Below are positions 35,267-44,736 of a stretch of DNA of 64,000 nt, piece after piece. The notes under the pieces were generated by a model. That model did not search any database, was not told the DNA's origin, and saw only the letters and a program-made list of their open reading frames with translations. Origin of the DNA: Actinomycetota bacterium (GTDB lineage: Bacteria > Actinomycetota > Acidimicrobiia > IMCC26256 > JAENVU01); NCBI GenBank assembly GCA_016870395.1, contig VGBT01000004.1:64013-128012 (forward strand), given 5' to 3'. Positions within the stretch are counted from its first letter, which is position 1, and each line of letters begins with the position of its first letter. The translations under genes and the position numbers were made by a program.

Positions 35267-35976
35267 CGCGTGCGAGCGTCCTTCGCGAATCCCGGGCCCA
35301 TCTCCGCGGCGACGAGCGCCGCCGCCACCTCCGCCCGCGCGCCACGCAGCATGCGCTTGTTGCCTGCATACGCACGGGTCGGCACCTCCGCGAGACCGGT
35401 CGCAGCCTCGCGGACCGCGTCGTCGAACCCGTCGGCGGCCACTACCTCGTCGAGGATCCCCACGCGGGCCGCGCCGGCGGGGTCGAAGAGGCACCCCATG
35501 AGCATCACCTCGGTGCGGTGCGCGGTGGGGACCGTGCCCTCGATGATCGCCATCGCCCAGGTCGGGAGCACCATGCCCAACATCGACTCGTTGACGCCGA
35601 GCTTGAACGACCCGCCAACCCCGATGCGCCGGTCGCAGGCCATGGCCAGGATCGCGCCCCCCGCGATCGCGTGGCCTGTCACCGCGGCGACCGTCGGAAT
35701 CGGCGCGGTCCACACCGCGAGCAGCGTGTGGGCGATGTGCGCGAGCGTCGCGGCCCTCCGCACCGCGTCGTCGTCGCGGAGCACCTCGCGGTCGATCCCG
35801 CCCGAGAACATCCCGTCGCGACCCTCGAGCACCAACGCCGCCGCGCGGTCCTCCGCGGCCCGGGCCATCGCCTCGCGCAACCGGGTACAGCTGGCGTCGC
35901 CGAGGACGTTGGCCTTGCCGTCGTCCATTCGGACCCGTGCGACCCCCGCTCCGTCGAGCTGGTACGTAACGGTCAT
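35263..35976 (-). CDS. Crotonase/enoyl-CoA hydratase family protein
   Basis: Blocks DDGKANVL, FSGGID and AAVTGHAIAGGAILAMACDRR. Confidence 0.85.
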   Translation of the reverse strand: MTVTYQLDGAGVARVRMDDGKANVLGDASCTRLREAMARAAEDRAAALVLEGRDGMFSGGIDREVLRDDDAVRRAATLAHIAHTLLAVWTAPIPTVAAVTGHAIAGGAILAMACDRRIGVGGSFKLGVNESMLGMVLPTWAMAIIEGTVPTAHRTEVMLMGCLFDPAGAARVGILDEVVAADGFDDAVREAATGLAEVPTRAYAGNKRMLRGARAEVAAALVAAEMGPGFAKDARTR

Positions 35977-36072
35977 CCTCTTCGTCCCCCTCGGTCGATC
36001 GGCGGGGCGGCGGCCGCACCCTAGGTCGCGGACAATTGCACGTCATACGCACAAATCTCTACCCTGGGCGGC

Positions 36073-36657
36073 GTGACGCACACCGACACGCTCGACGGCC
36101 GTACCGCGCGCTCGGCACGCACCCGCGAGGCCGTCGTGAGGGCGGTCCTGGACCTCGTACGCGCCGGCAGTTCCCGCCCGACCGCACGCGAGATCGCGGA
36201 GCACGCCGGCATCTCGCTGCGCTCGGTCTACGTGCACTTCGACGACCTCGAGGATCTGTTCCTCGCCGCGGCCCGCGAGTACGTCCGTCAACTAAGCGCG
36301 CTGTTGAAGCCGATCGACGCGATTCTCCCCCTCCGGGCACGAATCGCGGCGTGGGCCGACCAACGCGCCTCGATCTGGGAGTCCACCCTTCCGGTACGGC
36401 GCGCCGCCGAGCTCTGGGCGCCCGCGTCGCCGTCGCTCGCCGAGGTCACGCGCTCGGCGCGTCAGCGGAGCTGGGCCGACACCCGCCGCCTCTTCGGGCC
36501 CGAGGTGGCCGGCCGGCCCGACGCCGATGTGCTGCTCGAAATGGTCAACGTCCTCGGAAGCGCGGCGGCATGGGACACCTTCCGGGAACGTGGGATGACG
36601 GTGGCGGCCGCACGCGACATACTGTCAGTCTCTCTGACCAAACTTCTGGAGACCTGA
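36073..36657 (+). CDS. TetR family transcriptional regulator
   Basis: HTH segment TAREIAEHAGISLRSVYVHF. It is divergent from the crotonase operon. Confidence 0.9.
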   Translation: MTHTDTLDGRTARSARTREAVVRAVLDLVRAGSSRPTAREIAEHAGISLRSVYVHFDDLEDLFLAAAREYVRQLSALLKPIDAILPLRARIAAWADQRASIWESTLPVRRAAELWAPASPSLAEVTRSARQRSWADTRRLFGPEVAGRPDADVLLEMVNVLGSAAAWDTFRERGMTVAAARDILSVSLTKLLET

Positions 36658-37574
36658 TGGAGGTGCTTCGCACCCCCGACGAGCGATTCGCCGCCCTTCC
36701 CGGGTACCCGTTCGCCCCGCACCACGTCGAGGTCCCGCGCGGCGACGGCAGTGGTGCGTTGCGCGTGCACTACGTCGACGAGGGTCCCGCGGACGCGCCC
36801 GAGACCGTGCTGATGCTCCACGGCGAGCCGTCGTGGAGCTACCTGTACCGCACGATGATCCCCATCGTGACGGCTGCAGGGCACCGCGCGGTGGCACCGG
36901 ACCTGCCCGGGTTCGGGCGCTCCGACAAGCCGGCCGAACGCGCCGACTACACCTACGGGCGCCACGTCGGCTGGATGGCCGCGTTCCTCGAGGCGCTCGA
37001 CCTGCGCGACGTCACGCTCGTCTGCCAGGACTGGGGCGGGCTGATCGGACTGCGGCTGGTGGCCGAGCGCCCCGAACGCTTCGCGCGGGTCGTTGCGGCC
37101 AACACGTTCCTGCCCACCGGCGACCGCTCCCCCGGTGATGCCTTCCTCGCCTGGCGCAAGTACTCCCAGGAGGTCGAGCACTTCCAGGTGGGTCGCATCG
37201 TCAACGGCGGCTGCACCACCGACCTGCCCCCCGAGGTGGTCGCGGCCTACGACGCCCCCTTTCCCAACGACCGCTTCAAGGCCGGCGCCCGTCAGTTTCC
37301 TACCCTCGTGCCGGCAGCGCCGGACGATCCTGCATCCGAGGCGAACCGCGCCGCGTGGAAGGCCCTCGAGCAGTGGGACAAGCCGTTCCTCACCGCATTC
37401 TCGGACCACGACCCCGTCACCACGGGCGGCGAGGGGCGGATGCAGCGCCTGATCCCGGGCGCTCGCGGTCAGGCGCACACCACGATCTCTGGCGGTGGGC
37501 ACTTCCTGCAGGAGGACCGCGGCCCCGAGCTGGCGACCGTGGTGCTCGACCTGATCGCACGAACGGCACGGTGA
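36657..37574 (+). CDS. Haloalkane dehalogenase-type alpha/beta hydrolase (HLD-I-like)
   Basis: LHGEPSWSYLYR, PDLPGFGRSDKP, the VCQDWGG nucleophile elbow and GGHFLQED. 1-nt overlap with the TetR stop. Confidence 0.8.
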   Translation: MEVLRTPDERFAALPGYPFAPHHVEVPRGDGSGALRVHYVDEGPADAPETVLMLHGEPSWSYLYRTMIPIVTAAGHRAVAPDLPGFGRSDKPAERADYTYGRHVGWMAAFLEALDLRDVTLVCQDWGGLIGLRLVAERPERFARVVAANTFLPTGDRSPGDAFLAWRKYSQEVEHFQVGRIVNGGCTTDLPPEVVAAYDAPFPNDRFKAGARQFPTLVPAAPDDPASEANRAAWKALEQWDKPFLTAFSDHDPVTTGGEGRMQRLIPGARGQAHTTISGGGHFLQEDRGPELATVVLDLIARTAR

Positions 37575-39802
37575 CGGACCGCCCGCATCCGGGTGTGGTG
37601 GACGCGGCCTCGCATCCGCGGGTCAGGGGAAGCACGACGCAGGTGGCGACGACAACCTCAGACGGGGGGATCACGGCGATCGCGGCGCGCATCGTGCCGT
37701 CGGCGGGTGCTCGCCGCGTGCTCGGGTGGGTGCTGCCTCTCGGACTTCTCGCCTGCGCGGTGCTCGTCTGGCCGTTCCCGGCCACGCTCGGCGTGATCGT
37801 CAACGGCGCGCTCGTCGGCGGTCGAGTGGCGCTGATCGCGCTCGGGATCGCACTCGTCTACCGCGCGAACCGTGTCATCAACTTCTCTGCCGGCGACCTC
37901 GGTCAGGTCCCGACGATGTTCGCGGTGCTCTGCGTGCTCACCGCCGGCTTCCCCTACTGGCTGGGAGCCGCGACCGGCCTCGTGGCGGCGCTGCTCGTCG
38001 GCGCGGTCGTGGAGATGGCGATCATCCGGCGGTTCTTCACCTCGCCGCGCCTCATCCTCACCGTGGCCACGATCGGCGTCTCACAGGTGCTGATCGCACT
38101 CGCCCTCTGGATGCCGAGCTGGCCGTTCTTCGGCGACCTCACCACTGTGCCACGCCTCGATTCCCCGTTCGAGTTCAAGGTGCAGATCGGCGGCACGAAT
38201 TTCTTCGCCAACGACCTGCTCACCGCGCTCGCAGTGCCGGTCTGCCTCATCGCCCTCGGGCTCTTCATGAAGCGGTCGGCCGCGGGGACCGCGATCCGTG
38301 GCGCTGCCGAGCGCGCCGACCGCGCGTTCACGCTCGGCATTCCCGTCCATCGCCTGCACACCATCGTGTGGGTCATCGCAACGGTCCTGTCGTTCGTCGC
38401 GATGTGGCTTCGCGCAGGAGCGGTCGGGCTCCCCATCGGAGAGGTGCTCAGCCCGTTCTTCCTCATCCAGGCGCTCGCTGCGGTGGTCATCGGACGCATG
38501 GAGCACCTCCCCACCATCGTCGTGGCCGCGATCGGCATCGGGATCGTCGACCAGGCGATGACCTTCCAGCCCGGGAACAAGCCCGCCTACAACGACGCCG
38601 TTCTGTTCCTCATCGTGCTCGTCGCGCTCCTCGTGACGCACCGGCCCGCCGTCACGCGCGCCGGCGACGTGTCGACGTGGCGCGCGGTGCGCGAGATCCG
38701 GCCGATCCCACGCGAGCTCGCCTCTCTTGGAGAGGTCCGATGGGCCAAGTGGGGCGGTGTCGCGCTTCTCGCCACGGCGCTCGTGGCGCTGCCGTTGTGG
38801 CTCAGCGAGAGCCGGATCAACCTCGCCGCGGTCATCGTGGTCTTCGGGATCGTCGGCGTGTCGCTCGTGGTGCTCACCGGCTGGGCCGGCCAGGTCAGCC
38901 TCGGTCAGATGGCCTTTGCCGGCATCGGCGCAGCGATCGGCGGCGCGATCACCGCCGACCTCGGCTGGGACCTCGGCATCGCCCTGCTCCTCGGAGGCGT
39001 CGCCGGGGGGTTGATCGCGATGGTGATCGGGTACCCGGCGATCCGCCGCCGGGGTCTCACCCTCGCGGTCATCACGCTCGCGTTCGCGCTCCTTACGTCG
39101 TCGTATCTGCTCAACCGCGATCTGTTCGAGCGGTTCCTGCCCGGCAGTCGCATCGAGCGACCGGACCTCTTCGGCGTGATCTCGCTGCAGAGCGAGACGT
39201 CGTACTACTACTTCTGCCTGATCGCACTGCTCCTCATGTACCTCGCCGCGCGGGGCGTGCGGAGCAGTCGCACGGGTCGTGCACTGATCGGCATTCGCGA
39301 GAACGAGCCCGCGGCGCGCGCCTACGGCATCAGCGCGACTCGCACGACGCTCGCCGCGTTCGCGATGTCGGGCTTCATCGCCGCGTTTGCCGGCGTGCTC
39401 CTCGTCCACCACCAGAACGGTCTCGGGATCGCGGTGTTCCTGCCCGAGGAGAGCCTCCAGGTGTTCTCCATGGTGGTCATCGGCGGGATGGGCTCACTGC
39501 CCGGCGCGCTGCTCGGCGCCACCTACGTGCGGGGGGCGCAGTACTTCCTGCCCAGCGAGTGGCAGTTCCTCGCTACCGGTGCGGGCCTCCTGCTCGTGCT
39601 GCTGGTGATGCCAGGAGGGATCGGTGCAGCGCTTGCGAAGGCGCGCGACTCGTACCTGCGCTGGGTCGCGCAGCGACGCAGGCTGATCGTGCCGAGTCTC
39701 CTCGCCGACCGCCGCGCAGAGGACACGGCCCTGCCCGACGACCTCCTGGAGGTCGCGGCCGAGGCCGCCGAGGCCGCCACCGTCGGGAAGAACGTGCCAT
39801 GA
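37571..39802 (+). CDS. Fused LivH/LivM-type branched-chain amino acid ABC transporter permease
   Basis: 743 aa. The first half has ALVYRANRVINFSAGDLG (LivH-like). The second half has VSLGQMAFAGIGA and RALIGIRENEPAARAYGI (LivM-like). GTGA overlap with the dehalogenase stop. Confidence 0.85.
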   Translation: MTDRPHPGVVDAASHPRVRGSTTQVATTTSDGGITAIAARIVPSAGARRVLGWVLPLGLLACAVLVWPFPATLGVIVNGALVGGRVALIALGIALVYRANRVINFSAGDLGQVPTMFAVLCVLTAGFPYWLGAATGLVAALLVGAVVEMAIIRRFFTSPRLILTVATIGVSQVLIALALWMPSWPFFGDLTTVPRLDSPFEFKVQIGGTNFFANDLLTALAVPVCLIALGLFMKRSAAGTAIRGAAERADRAFTLGIPVHRLHTIVWVIATVLSFVAMWLRAGAVGLPIGEVLSPFFLIQALAAVVIGRMEHLPTIVVAAIGIGIVDQAMTFQPGNKPAYNDAVLFLIVLVALLVTHRPAVTRAGDVSTWRAVREIRPIPRELASLGEVRWAKWGGVALLATALVALPLWLSESRINLAAVIVVFGIVGVSLVVLTGWAGQVSLGQMAFAGIGAAIGGAITADLGWDLGIALLLGGVAGGLIAMVIGYPAIRRRGLTLAVITLAFALLTSSYLLNRDLFERFLPGSRIERPDLFGVISLQSETSYYYFCLIALLLMYLAARGVRSSRTGRALIGIRENEPAARAYGISATRTTLAAFAMSGFIAAFAGVLLVHHQNGLGIAVFLPEESLQVFSMVVIGGMGSLPGALLGATYVRGAQYFLPSEWQFLATGAGLLLVLLVMPGGIGAALAKARDSYLRWVAQRRRLIVPSLLADRRAEDTALPDDLLEVAAEAAEAATVGKNVP

Positions 39803-39870
39803 GCGACCTCGCAACCATCCGACGCCCGCACGCCTGGGAGCTCCCGGCACGCGAAGAGGAAGCGCCGTGA
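39799..39870 (+). CDS. Possible 23-aa coupling micro-ORF (MSDLATIRRPHAWELPAREEEAP)
   Basis: ATGA overlap with the permease stop and GTGA overlap with the next gene's start. There is no other support. Confidence 0.2.
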   Translation: MSDLATIRRPHAWELPAREEEAP

Positions 39871-42800
39871 GCGCGCTGAAGGTTCCTCGCTTCTGGTCGG
39901 CGTCGTGGTGGCGCGCCTGGCTCCGCGACTTCGGCGGTGGCCAGCCGCTGTATCCGCTCGTCGTCCTCTTCGGGATCAACTGCGTCGACGAGCTCGACCG
40001 TCGCGCCTTCGACGTGCTCCTGCCCGAAATCCGCGACGCCTTCGACCTCGACACGAGCGGCATCCTGCTCGTCGTCGCACTCGCCGGTGTGGCGGCCCTC
40101 GGCATCGCCGTGCCGATCGGGTTCGTGTCCGACCGCTGGAACCGGGTACGGATCACGGTGATCGGCGCGACCTCCTGGGGCATCTTCTCGGTGATGACCG
40201 GGATGGCCACCGGCGTGTGGATGCTCGGCATCGCGCGGGCGGGATCCGGGATCGGCAGGGCCGTGGTCGACCCCACGCACAACTCGCTGCTCGCCGACTA
40301 CTACGACATCCCGGACCGTCCGAAGGTCTACTCGGTGCACCGTGCGGCCAACGCACTCGGCCTGTTCCTCGGGCCGCTCACGGCGGGTCTGCTCGCCCAG
40401 GCATGGGGTTGGCGCGTGCCGTTCTTCGTGTTCGCGATCCCGACGTTCGTGTTCGTAGTGTTGGCGCTGCGCCTGCGCGAGCCCAACCGCGGGTTCTGGG
40501 AGCGCAAGGCGATGGGAATGGAGGGCGACGAGGCCTCCACCGAAGACCTTCCCGCGAGCTGGACCGAGTCCTGGCGCGTCGCGCTCGCGGTGGGCACACT
40601 GCGCCGGATCTACTGGGCGCTGCCGTTCCTCGCGATGTCGGTGATCGGGCTCGCCGCGCTCACCGGGCTCTACTACGACGAGGTGTTCGGGCTCGACGCC
40701 GCACAACGTGGCTTCGTGGCCGCGCTCGCCGAGCCGGCGGCGTTCGTCGGCCTGTTGCTCGGCATCCCGATCGCAACCCGACTCATGATCCGCGACCCGG
40801 GGCTCGTGCTGAAGTTCGTGGCGCTGATGGGCGTGGTGGTCGCCGTGGCGTTCACCATCTTCGCGCTCACGCCCTTCCTCGGCATCGCGATCGCCATGAA
40901 CGTGCTCGTCTCGGGCGTCACCGCACTTCTCGCACCGGCCATCTTCGCCACGCTCTCGCTCGCGATCCCGCCGAAGGTGCGCTCGTTCGGCTTCGGCCTC
41001 GCGTCGCTCTGCATCATGCCGGGACTGCTCGCGCTCCCGCTCGTGGGCTGGGTGGCCGACGAGTGGGGCATCCGCACCGGGCTCGTGGTGATCGCGCCGA
41101 TCTTCCTCGTCGGCGCGCTCATCATCGCCTCGGGTGCGGCGTTGGTGGCACCCGACATCAAGAACGTGTGGACCTCCGCTGCCGCGCAGTCGGAGGTGCT
41201 CTACAACCGCCGCCAGGGCCAGGAGAAGCTGCTGCTCTGCCGCGACGTCTGCGTCAAGTACGACGGGGTGCAGGTCCTCTTCGACGTCGACTTCGAGGTC
41301 GAAGAGGGAGAGGTCGTTGCACTCCTCGGCACGAACGGCGCGGGCAAGTCCACGCTGCTCAGGGCGATCGGCGGCCTGGTCGACCCGAGCGCCGGTGCGA
41401 TCGTCTTCGACGGGCGCGACCTCACGTACACACCGGCCGACGAGGCGGCAAAGCGCGGCATCACCCTCATGCCCGGCGGCCAGGGCGTGTTCCCTTCGCT
41501 CACCGTGCGCGAGAACCTCCACCTCGCCGGGTGGATCCACCGCAAGGACGGAGCCCGGGTACGGGAGCGCACCGAGCGGGTGCTCGAGATCTTCCCCGTC
41601 CTGGGCGAGCGAATCAACCAGCAGGCCGGCAACCTCTCGGGCGGCCAACAGCAGATGCTCACCCTCGGCATGGCCTTCATCGAGCAGCCGCGCCTGCTCA
41701 TGATCGACGAGCTCTCGCTGGGGCTGGCGCCGAGCGTCGTCGGCCAGCTCCTCGAGATCGTGCGCGCGCTCAAGGAGGCGGGGACCACGATCATCCTCGT
41801 GGAGCAGTCGGTCAATGTCGCGCTGACGGTCGCCGAGACCGCGTACTTCATGGAGAAGGGCGAGATCCGGTTCCACGGTCCCACCGCCGAGCTCCTCGAG
41901 CGGCCCGACGTGCTGCGCTCCGTGTTCCTCGAGGGGGCGGCCACGCACGAGACGGCCATGGCCGCACCCACGCTCGAACCGCTGCCCGCGGGCGCCGTCG
42001 ACGTGGTCGGCGCGGCTACCCCGGGAAAGGCACCGTCGAACGGCCACGGCGGCTCGCCGGAGCTGCGGCTCGAGGCCCGCGACGTGTCGAAGCGCTTCGG
42101 CGGGATCAGCGCACTGCGCGACGTCGGCTTCACCGTCGCCGCTGGCGAGATCCTGGGCTTCCTCGGCCCGAACGGCGCCGGCAAGACCACGCTGTTCGAC
42201 GTGATCTGCGGCTTCACGCCCGACGATGGGGGCGCGATCCTGCTGCGGGCGAAGGACGGCGAGGTCTACGACGTCACCAGACGCCCGGCGCACGTGCGCG
42301 CGCAGCTCGGCCTGGGGCGTTCGTTCCAGGACGGTCGCCTGTTCCCAGCGCTCACCGTGGCCGAGACGATCGCCGTGTCGCTCGAGTGCTCGGTCGACGT
42401 GCGCGACCCCCTCGCCGCCGCGCTGCACCTCCCCGCGGTCGTCGACTCCGAGGCCGCGGTGCACGAGCGGGTCGAGGAGCTCATCGACCTCATGGGCCTC
42501 GACGCCTTCCGGGACAAGTTCGTCCACGAGCTGTCCACGGGTTCGCGTCGGATCGTCGACCTGGCCTGCATCCTCGCCCACCAGCCCGGAGTGCTCCTGC
42601 TCGACGAGCCGTCGAGTGGGATCGCCCAGCGGGAGGCCGAGGCCCTGGGCCCGCTGCTGCTACGCATCCGCGAGCAGCTGGGGGCCACCATCCTGCTGAT
42701 CGAGCACGACCTGCCGCTCCTATCGTCGGTCTCGGACCGGGTCGTTGCCCTCGACCTGGGCGAGGTCATCGCCGACGGCCCGCCCGACCAGGTCGTCCAC

Positions 42801-42881
42801 GATCCCCGGGTAGTGGCATCGTACCTCGGAACCGACAATGCTCCAATCGCGCGCTCGGGCGCGGGGAACACACTGTCCTAG
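39867..42881 (+). CDS. MFS-like 12-TM domain fused to LivF-like and LivG-like ABC ATPase domains
   Basis: 1004 aa. Residues 1 to about 440 are polytopic and MFS-like (GFVSDRWNR, GIARAGSGIG). Next come GTNGAGKST...LSGGQQQML...IDELSLGL, then GPNGAGKTT...LSTGSRRIV...LLLDEPSSG. Confidence 0.85.
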   Translation: MSALKVPRFWSASWWRAWLRDFGGGQPLYPLVVLFGINCVDELDRRAFDVLLPEIRDAFDLDTSGILLVVALAGVAALGIAVPIGFVSDRWNRVRITVIGATSWGIFSVMTGMATGVWMLGIARAGSGIGRAVVDPTHNSLLADYYDIPDRPKVYSVHRAANALGLFLGPLTAGLLAQAWGWRVPFFVFAIPTFVFVVLALRLREPNRGFWERKAMGMEGDEASTEDLPASWTESWRVALAVGTLRRIYWALPFLAMSVIGLAALTGLYYDEVFGLDAAQRGFVAALAEPAAFVGLLLGIPIATRLMIRDPGLVLKFVALMGVVVAVAFTIFALTPFLGIAIAMNVLVSGVTALLAPAIFATLSLAIPPKVRSFGFGLASLCIMPGLLALPLVGWVADEWGIRTGLVVIAPIFLVGALIIASGAALVAPDIKNVWTSAAAQSEVLYNRRQGQEKLLLCRDVCVKYDGVQVLFDVDFEVEEGEVVALLGTNGAGKSTLLRAIGGLVDPSAGAIVFDGRDLTYTPADEAAKRGITLMPGGQGVFPSLTVRENLHLAGWIHRKDGARVRERTERVLEIFPVLGERINQQAGNLSGGQQQMLTLGMAFIEQPRLLMIDELSLGLAPSVVGQLLEIVRALKEAGTTIILVEQSVNVALTVAETAYFMEKGEIRFHGPTAELLERPDVLRSVFLEGAATHETAMAAPTLEPLPAGAVDVVGAATPGKAPSNGHGGSPELRLEARDVSKRFGGISALRDVGFTVAAGEILGFLGPNGAGKTTLFDVICGFTPDDGGAILLRAKDGEVYDVTRRPAHVRAQLGLGRSFQDGRLFPALTVAETIAVSLECSVDVRDPLAAALHLPAVVDSEAAVHERVEELIDLMGLDAFRDKFVHELSTGSRRIVDLACILAHQPGVLLLDEPSSGIAQREAEALGPLLLRIREQLGATILLIEHDLPLLSSVSDRVVALDLGEVIADGPPDQVVHDPRVVASYLGTDNAPIARSGAGNTLS

Positions 42882-42918
42882 GCCCTCACTGCGGCCCAGA
42901 GCACCAGGGGGAATCTAC

Positions 42919-44637
42919 ATGCAGCCGACGAGCAGTCGACCGAAGCGGCCCAGCGCATGGAAGCGGTACGGACCGCTGGTCGCGATCCTCGTGGCGATCG
43001 CGGTCGTCGCCGTCATCGTGATAGCCGTGAACGGCGGTGACGACGACTCCAAGGCGAACGGCAACGGCAACGCCGACACCAACGCGACGACCGAGGAGCT
43101 CATCCGCTCGGGTCCGATGACCACCGAGAAAGCCAAGCTGCTCAACGAGGAGGTCGACTTCGGGAAGCGCTGCGACGAGGACACCGGCCGCTACGCGATT
43201 CCCACTACATACTCGTCGCTGTGCGTCGAGCCGTTCAAGGGCGACAACGGGGGCGCAACCGCGCCGGGCGTCAGCGGTGACGCCATCAAGATCGTCGCTT
43301 ATGTCGGTGACCCGGCGAAGAACCCCTTGCAGGCCGCGACCGTGCGCAGCGCGGGCGCCGACGTCGACGTCGCCACCGCCAAGGAGACCATCGCCGGCTA
43401 CGCGGAGCTGTACTCGACGTACTACGAGACCTACGGGCGCCAGATCGACCTGCAGTTCTACGACGGCACCGGGGCCCCCGACGACGAGGTGACCGCCCGA
43501 GCCGACGCGAAGGCGATCGCGGACATGGAGCCGTTCGCCGTGCTGGGTGGTCCTGGGCAGACCAACGCCTTCTCCGAGGAGATCGCGGCGGAAGGCATCC
43601 TGTGCCTGGGCGACTGCGCGCTGGCCAAGCCCCAGCGGTTCACCGAGGACCACGCCCCGTACCTGTGGTCCACCGGACCGATCCCGGAGCAGGCCAGCGA
43701 GCTCACTGCCGAGATGGTCGGCGACATCCTGGCCGGGCAGAAGGCCGAGTTCGCGGGAAGCGCGGATCTCCGTACCCAGACCCGCCGGTTCGGGGCGGTG
43801 CACTACAACACGCCCGCCGGCGATCAGACCGAGGCCTTCCAGGCCCTCGCGGACGCCCTTGCCGAGCGCGGCGCGAAGCTGGTCGCCGATCAGGAGTTCT
43901 TCCTGGACCTGGCTCGTCAGCAGGAGATCGCGCGCACCACGATCGCCAAGATGAAGGACGCGGGCGTCACCACGATCATCTTCTACGGCGACCCGCTGAT
44001 GCCCGCGGCGCTCACCAAGGAGGCGACCGCGCAGGACTACTTCCCCGAATGGGTGATCGGTCCGAACTTTTTGGTGGACATCGCGCTCTTCGGACGCACC
44101 TACGACCAACAGCAGTGGAAGCACGCGTTCGGCATCGCGCTCAGTCCAGCGCGAACGAACCAGGACGCGAACGAGGCCTACAACCTCTACAAGTGGTTCC
44201 ACGGAGAGCCACCGCCGAACAACACGTACGGCGTGCTGATCCCGGGAATCACGAACGTGATGGGCGGGATCAACCTTGCGGGCCCGAAGCTGACACCCCA
44301 GACGTTCCGTGACGCGATGTTCCGCTCCCCAGTCACGGGCGGCACTCCGCTCAGCGCGACGGTGTCGCGCGGACACCACGGCATCTGGCCCGGCACCGAC
44401 TGGGGCGGCTCCGACGACGCGGCGTTGATCTGGTGGAACCCGGACGCCGAAGGTGAAGACGAAGTCGGCAGGGTCGGCAAGGGCCTCTACCAGTACGTGG
44501 ACAACGGTCAGCGGTACGTCTTTGGGAAGATGCCGACCACGGACCCGGGCTTCTTCGACCCGAAGAACTCCATCACGATCTTCGAGACCATGCCGCCGCA
44601 GTACGCGCCGCCCAACTACCCGTCGCCGGCGGAGTAA
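42919..44637 (+). CDS. Large extracytoplasmic substrate-binding protein of the ABC system (type-I PBP-like)
   Basis: 572 aa with an N-terminal TM/signal anchor (YGPLVAILVAIAVVAVIVIAV) and a last-in-operon position. Its similarity to LivJ-type PBPs is only loosely recognisable by eye. Confidence 0.65.
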   Translation: MQPTSSRPKRPSAWKRYGPLVAILVAIAVVAVIVIAVNGGDDDSKANGNGNADTNATTEELIRSGPMTTEKAKLLNEEVDFGKRCDEDTGRYAIPTTYSSLCVEPFKGDNGGATAPGVSGDAIKIVAYVGDPAKNPLQAATVRSAGADVDVATAKETIAGYAELYSTYYETYGRQIDLQFYDGTGAPDDEVTARADAKAIADMEPFAVLGGPGQTNAFSEEIAAEGILCLGDCALAKPQRFTEDHAPYLWSTGPIPEQASELTAEMVGDILAGQKAEFAGSADLRTQTRRFGAVHYNTPAGDQTEAFQALADALAERGAKLVADQEFFLDLARQQEIARTTIAKMKDAGVTTIIFYGDPLMPAALTKEATAQDYFPEWVIGPNFLVDIALFGRTYDQQQWKHAFGIALSPARTNQDANEAYNLYKWFHGEPPPNNTYGVLIPGITNVMGGINLAGPKLTPQTFRDAMFRSPVTGGTPLSATVSRGHHGIWPGTDWGGSDDAALIWWNPDAEGEDEVGRVGKGLYQYVDNGQRYVFGKMPTTDPGFFDPKNSITIFETMPPQYAPPNYPSPAE

Positions 44638-44654
44638 CCCGAACACCTCCCCAA

Positions 44655-44715
44655 CCTCCCCGGGATTGTTCGCCGAGGAGCGGTATGCGCTCCCAACGCA
44701 ACAAACCCGGGGAGG
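44655..44715. terminator. Nested hairpin in a convergent intergenic region (candidate bidirectional terminator or small RNA)
   Basis: The outer arms cctccccgggattgt / acaaacccggggagg pair at 14 of 15 positions and enclose an inner ggagcg-gtatg-cgctcc hairpin. Local GC content is low. Confidence 0.4.
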
Positions 44716-44736
44716 AGTGGGGGGCGCCTCGGGCGG

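Noticed and set aside
36036-36054. Imperfect inverted repeat TTGCACG-N5-CGCACAA in the TetR/crotonase divergent region as a TetR operator
   Set aside because: Only 5 of 7 positions are complementary on re-checking, which is too weak to call. The region is merely low-GC.
43050-43085. AACGGC-type short repeats (NGNGNA) in the binding-protein gene, and GTCGCGG x2 at about 26088-26102
   Set aside because: These are low-complexity micro-repeats of 2-3 units inside a linker or intergenic DNA, with no array structure. They are not CRISPR-like.
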